Shown here piece by piece: positions 38,145 to 41,253 of a DNA stretch of 41,253 nt. The position numbers and the translations under genes were made by a program. The stretch comes from Pseudomonadota bacterium. Its GTDB lineage: Bacteria > Desulfobacterota > Desulfobacteria > Desulfobacterales > RPRI01. The notes beneath the pieces were generated by a model. That model was not told the origin of the DNA. It saw only the letters and a list, made by a program, of their open reading frames with translations, and made no database searches. The DNA lies in the NCBI GenBank assembly GCA_043825875.1, contig JBDRRF010000086.1, positions 1 through 41,253 of the forward strand, given 5' to 3'. Each line of letters starts with the position of its first letter. Positions within the stretch are counted from its first letter, which is position 1.

Positions 38145-40589
38145 ATGGCTAATATTCCAAAAATTTTTAGCAAAGATCAAGAAAGTTCCCTGGTGAATAT
38201 GCAACTTCCACTTTTACCGCTAAGAGACATTGTTGTTTTTCCTCATATGATCGTTCCTTTATTTGTAGGAAGAACCAAATCGATAGACGCTTTGACATAT
38301 GCTATGAATAATGACAAGAGCGTATTCCTTGCGACACAAAAAACCTCAAAAGAAGATGATCCTGAAGAAAAGGACATCAATTTAATCGGAACAACTAGCA
38401 AGATACTACAGCTTCTTCGCCTTCCCGATGGAACCGTAAAGGCATTGGTTGAGGGAAAATCAAGAGGACGCATTGTATCTTTTTTAAGTGATGATGGTTT
38501 TTATAAAGTTGAAATTGAGCCTGTCACAGAAATTGGAGTTGATGAAACCGAAAGTATTGCTCTGTGCAGGGCTTTGGTTGAAGCATTTGAGGAATATTCA
38601 AATCTTACCAAGAATATTCCGAAAGATTTTGAGAAAAAGCTTACCGAAATTATGGACCCTTCTCATATGGCCGATACGGTGACGGCTCATTTTCCTTTTA
38701 AAATGGAAGACAAACAAAATCTTCTTGAAGCGCTTTCCATTAATGACCGTTACACTCTTCTTCTTCAGCTGATCAATACCGAACTTGAAATCTTTAAAAC
38801 CGATCAGCGGATTAAAAGCAATGTTAAAGAACATATGGATAAGACCCAGAAAAACTATTATTTAAATGAGCAGATACGGGCCATAAAAAAGGAGATGGGC
38901 AACGAAGACGACTTTGGCGATGATCTTAAAGAGCTGGAAAACCGCATCAAAGAAAAAAAAATGTCGGAAGAAGCGGAAGAAAAATCAGCTCAGGAATTTA
39001 AAAAGCTTAAAATGATGACCCCGATGTCAGCTGAGGCAACAGTTGTAAGAAATTATATCGATTGGATTATAAGTCTCCCGTGGTACGAATGTTCTGATGT
39101 TAATTCAGATATTAAAGAAGCGGAAAAAATTTTAAATGAGGACCATTTCGGTCTTGAAAAACCAAAAGAAAGAATTCTCGAATATTTGGCCGTACAGACT
39201 CTTGTTAAAAAAATAAAAGGTCCTATTCTTTGTTTCGTAGGCCCTCCGGGTGTTGGTAAAACTTCTCTTGCCAAATCTATATCAAGAGCAACGGGCAGAA
39301 ATTTTGTCCGCCTGTCTTTGGGAGGTGTTCGTGATGAAGCTGAAATAAGGGGACATCGGCGTACATACATTGGCGCAATGCCTGGCAAAATAATTCAATC
39401 TCTGAAAAAAGCCGGAGTAAACAACCCTGTTTTTTGTCTTGATGAAATTGATAAAATGAGCATGGATTTCAGAGGAGACCCTTCGGCGGCTCTTCTTGAA
39501 GTACTTGATCCCGAACAGAATAACGCTTTTAATGATCATTACCTTGATCTTGACTATGACCTTTCTGATATCTTATTTGTTACAACCGCTAACACACTTC
39601 CGGATATACCGCTTCCTCTGCAAGACAGGATGGAGATTATCCGGCTGCCCGGTTATACTGAAGTTGAAAAATACCATATAGCAAAAGATTTTCTGCTTAC
39701 GAAGCAAATCGAAAGAAACGGTTTGGGAGGCATTGATATTTCTTTTTCTAAAAATTCCATTTATACAATAATCCGGCATTACACAAGAGAGGCCGGAGTA
39801 AGAAATCTCGAACGCGAGATTGCTTCAATATGCAGAAAAGTTGCGCGTGAAGTCTTGGATGATAATGGTAAATGTTCCTTTAATATTACTGCTTCATCCA
39901 TTTCCAAATATCTTGGGCCGCACCAGTTCAGGCATGGAAAGGCTGAAGAAAAAGATCAGATAGGCCTTGTTACAGGTCTTGCATGGACACAGGCAGGTGG
40001 TGAACTTCTTTGCGTTGAAACGCTTGTTTTGCCTGGAAAGGGTGATGTTACCATAACAGGCAAGCTGGGCGATGTAATGAAGGAATCAGCTCAGGCAGCT
40101 GTGAGCTATGTCCGCTCACGTGCCGAAAATCTTATGTTAGAAGATGATTTTTATAAAACAAAAGATTTGCATATACATATTCCTGAAGGTGCTATTCCCA
40201 AAGACGGCCCTTCGGCCGGTATTTCCATGTGCACATCAATTGTTTCGGCATATACAAGAAAGCCTGTTTACAGCAACATTGCAATGACCGGTGAAATTAC
40301 TTTAAGAGGTCGTATCCTGCCTATCGGTGGTTTAAAAGAAAAAATACTTGCAGCACATAGAGGAAGAATAAAAAAAGTTATTGTTCCAAAAGAGAATGAA
40401 AAAGATCTTAAAGAAATACCACAAAGCGTTCTTAAAGAAATTGAAATTATTCTTGTTGAACACATGGATGAGGTGCTTTCACATTCTTTGATTATTAACA
40501 GAGGAGAACAATTATTTAAAAATAATGATATACCTCTTTCAATTCCTGTAGAAAACCAGGATATGAATCAAAGGGCTCCTTTAATTTAA
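38145..40589 (+). CDS. lon: Lon protease
   Basis: [11 protein letters not shown]-domain, [36 protein letters not shown]. Confidence 0.97.
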   Translation: MANIPKIFSKDQESSLVNMQLPLLPLRDIVVFPHMIVPLFVGRTKSIDALTYAMNNDKSVFLATQKTSKEDDPEEKDINLIGTTSKILQLLRLPDGTVKALVEGKSRGRIVSFLSDDGFYKVEIEPVTEIGVDETESIALCRALVEAFEEYSNLTKNIPKDFEKKLTEIMDPSHMADTVTAHFPFKMEDKQNLLEALSINDRYTLLLQLINTELEIFKTDQRIKSNVKEHMDKTQKNYYLNEQIRAIKKEMGNEDDFGDDLKELENRIKEKKMSEEAEEKSAQEFKKLKMMTPMSAEATVVRNYIDWIISLPWYECSDVNSDIKEAEKILNEDHFGLEKPKERILEYLAVQTLVKKIKGPILCFVGPPGVGKTSLAKSISRATGRNFVRLSLGGVRDEAEIRGHRRTYIGAMPGKIIQSLKKAGVNNPVFCLDEIDKMSMDFRGDPSAALLEVLDPEQNNAFNDHYLDLDYDLSDILFVTTANTLPDIPLPLQDRMEIIRLPGYTEVEKYHIAKDFLLTKQIERNGLGGIDISFSKNSIYTIIRHYTREAGVRNLEREIASICRKVAREVLDDNGKCSFNITASSISKYLGPHQFRHGKAEEKDQIGLVTGLAWTQAGGELLCVETLVLPGKGDVTITGKLGDVMKESAQAAVSYVRSRAENLMLEDDFYKTKDLHIHIPEGAIPKDGPSAGISMCTSIVSAYTRKPVYSNIAMTGEITLRGRILPIGGLKEKILAAHRGRIKKVIVPKENEKDLKEIPQSVLKEIEIILVEHMDEVLSHSLIINRGEQLFKNNDIPLSIPVENQDMNQRAPLI

Positions 40590-40700
40590 CAGAATTTGTA
40601 TTTTTATCAGTTTGGGCTTGACAATACTTACACATATTGTTAAATGCTTCTTTCTTTAGATACAAAGCTTCAAATCTTAAAAAGAGTTGTGTATTTGCAT

Positions 40701-40776
40701 GGGCGGGTAGCTCAGCTGGGAGAGCATCGGCCTTACAAGCCGAGGGTCACAGGTTCAAGCCCTGTTCCGCCTACCA
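40701..40776 (+). tRNA. tRNA-Val(TAC)
   Basis: TCGGC-CTTACAA-GCCGA anticodon arm, GGTTCAAGCC, CCA end. Confidence 0.97.
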
Positions 40777-40810
40777 GCAACTCTCTGTTTTGAGATTAAT
40801 AACATAAAAT

Positions 40811-40888
40811 GGGGGCGTAGCTCAGTTTGGTCAGAGCGCCGGCCTGTCACGCCGGAAGTCGCGAGTTCAAGTCTCGTCGTCCCCGCCA
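40811..40888 (+). tRNA. tRNA-Asp(GTC)
   Basis: CCGGC-CTGTCAC-GCCGG anticodon arm, GTTCAAGTC, CCA end. Confidence 0.97.
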
Positions 40889-40895
40889 TCACAAG

Positions 40896-40928
40896 AAAAA
40901 GATTAGCCTGTTTAGGTTAATCTTTTTT
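40896..40928 (+). terminator. Intrinsic terminator after tRNA-Asp
   Basis: AAAAAGATTAGCCT-GTTT-AGGTTAATCTTTTTT hairpin with T-run. Confidence 0.8.
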
Positions 40929-41253
40929 AGCTAGTGGCTTGCCATAACCAGTCATCAAAGCATACCAGCAAACTTATACAAAAACCTATCGCCGTAAATT
41001 ATCAATAGTAACCTTTCATTATTTTTTAATAAAAACATATATATTATTCTAATTTATTCTCCGTGGGCAATTTAATATAATTCTGATTTAAAGCCACATA
41101 GGCAATTATTTATATAGTAAACGCATTAAATGTTGCAGCATAATGATTCTAAGTTTTTGTTAGGTTTTGAATGCTCTTTTAAATATGAAATTATCGCATT
41201 TTCAAGTGAGTCAAGTGTTTCGAAATAGACATTGTGCGTTACCCGGTACCGTA

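Overview
AT-rich bacterial chromosomal window. The gene content and style suggest an anaerobic Desulfobacterota (Desulfobacterales-like) organism; this is an inference. From left to right: (1) 1-6.4 kb is an accessory region with two N-terminally truncated (orphan) Rhs toxin/immunity cassettes bounded by short GGGGAC/GGGGTC-type motifs, a Phd/YefM-RelE toxin-antitoxin pair, and an S4 + YkgJ gene pair flanked by a duplicated 3' end of the neighbouring radical SAM gene. (2) 6.4-18.3 kb is mostly housekeeping: B12-radical SAM, AAA ATPase, dusB, queF, RACo-type ASKHA ATPase, rhomboid-DnaJ_C fusion, nadC, valS, and a PopZ-like acidic protein upstream of valS. (3) 18.5-27.1 kb holds the most striking feature, a co-oriented minus-strand cluster of eight exported proteins. 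Two consist almost entirely of homologous 36-aa Asn/Gly-ladder repeats (20 and 7 copies) and share a conserved upstream promoter/operator motif. They are followed by a small secreted protein, a CsgG/HfaB-like lipoprotein with a peptidoglycan-binding domain, an acidic repeat protein, an LPP20-like protein, a small protein and a GIN-domain (DUF2807) protein. This looks like a non-curli, non-Fap functional-amyloid/beta-solenoid fibre secretion system. (4) 27.9-41.2 kb is core genes: secA, M23 peptidase, etfA, etfB, tRNA-Pro, tRNA-Leu, tig-clpP-clpX-lon, tRNA-Val, tRNA-Asp. A 142-bp MITE-like hairpin element occurs twice. All family assignments come from motif recognition by eye, not database searches.
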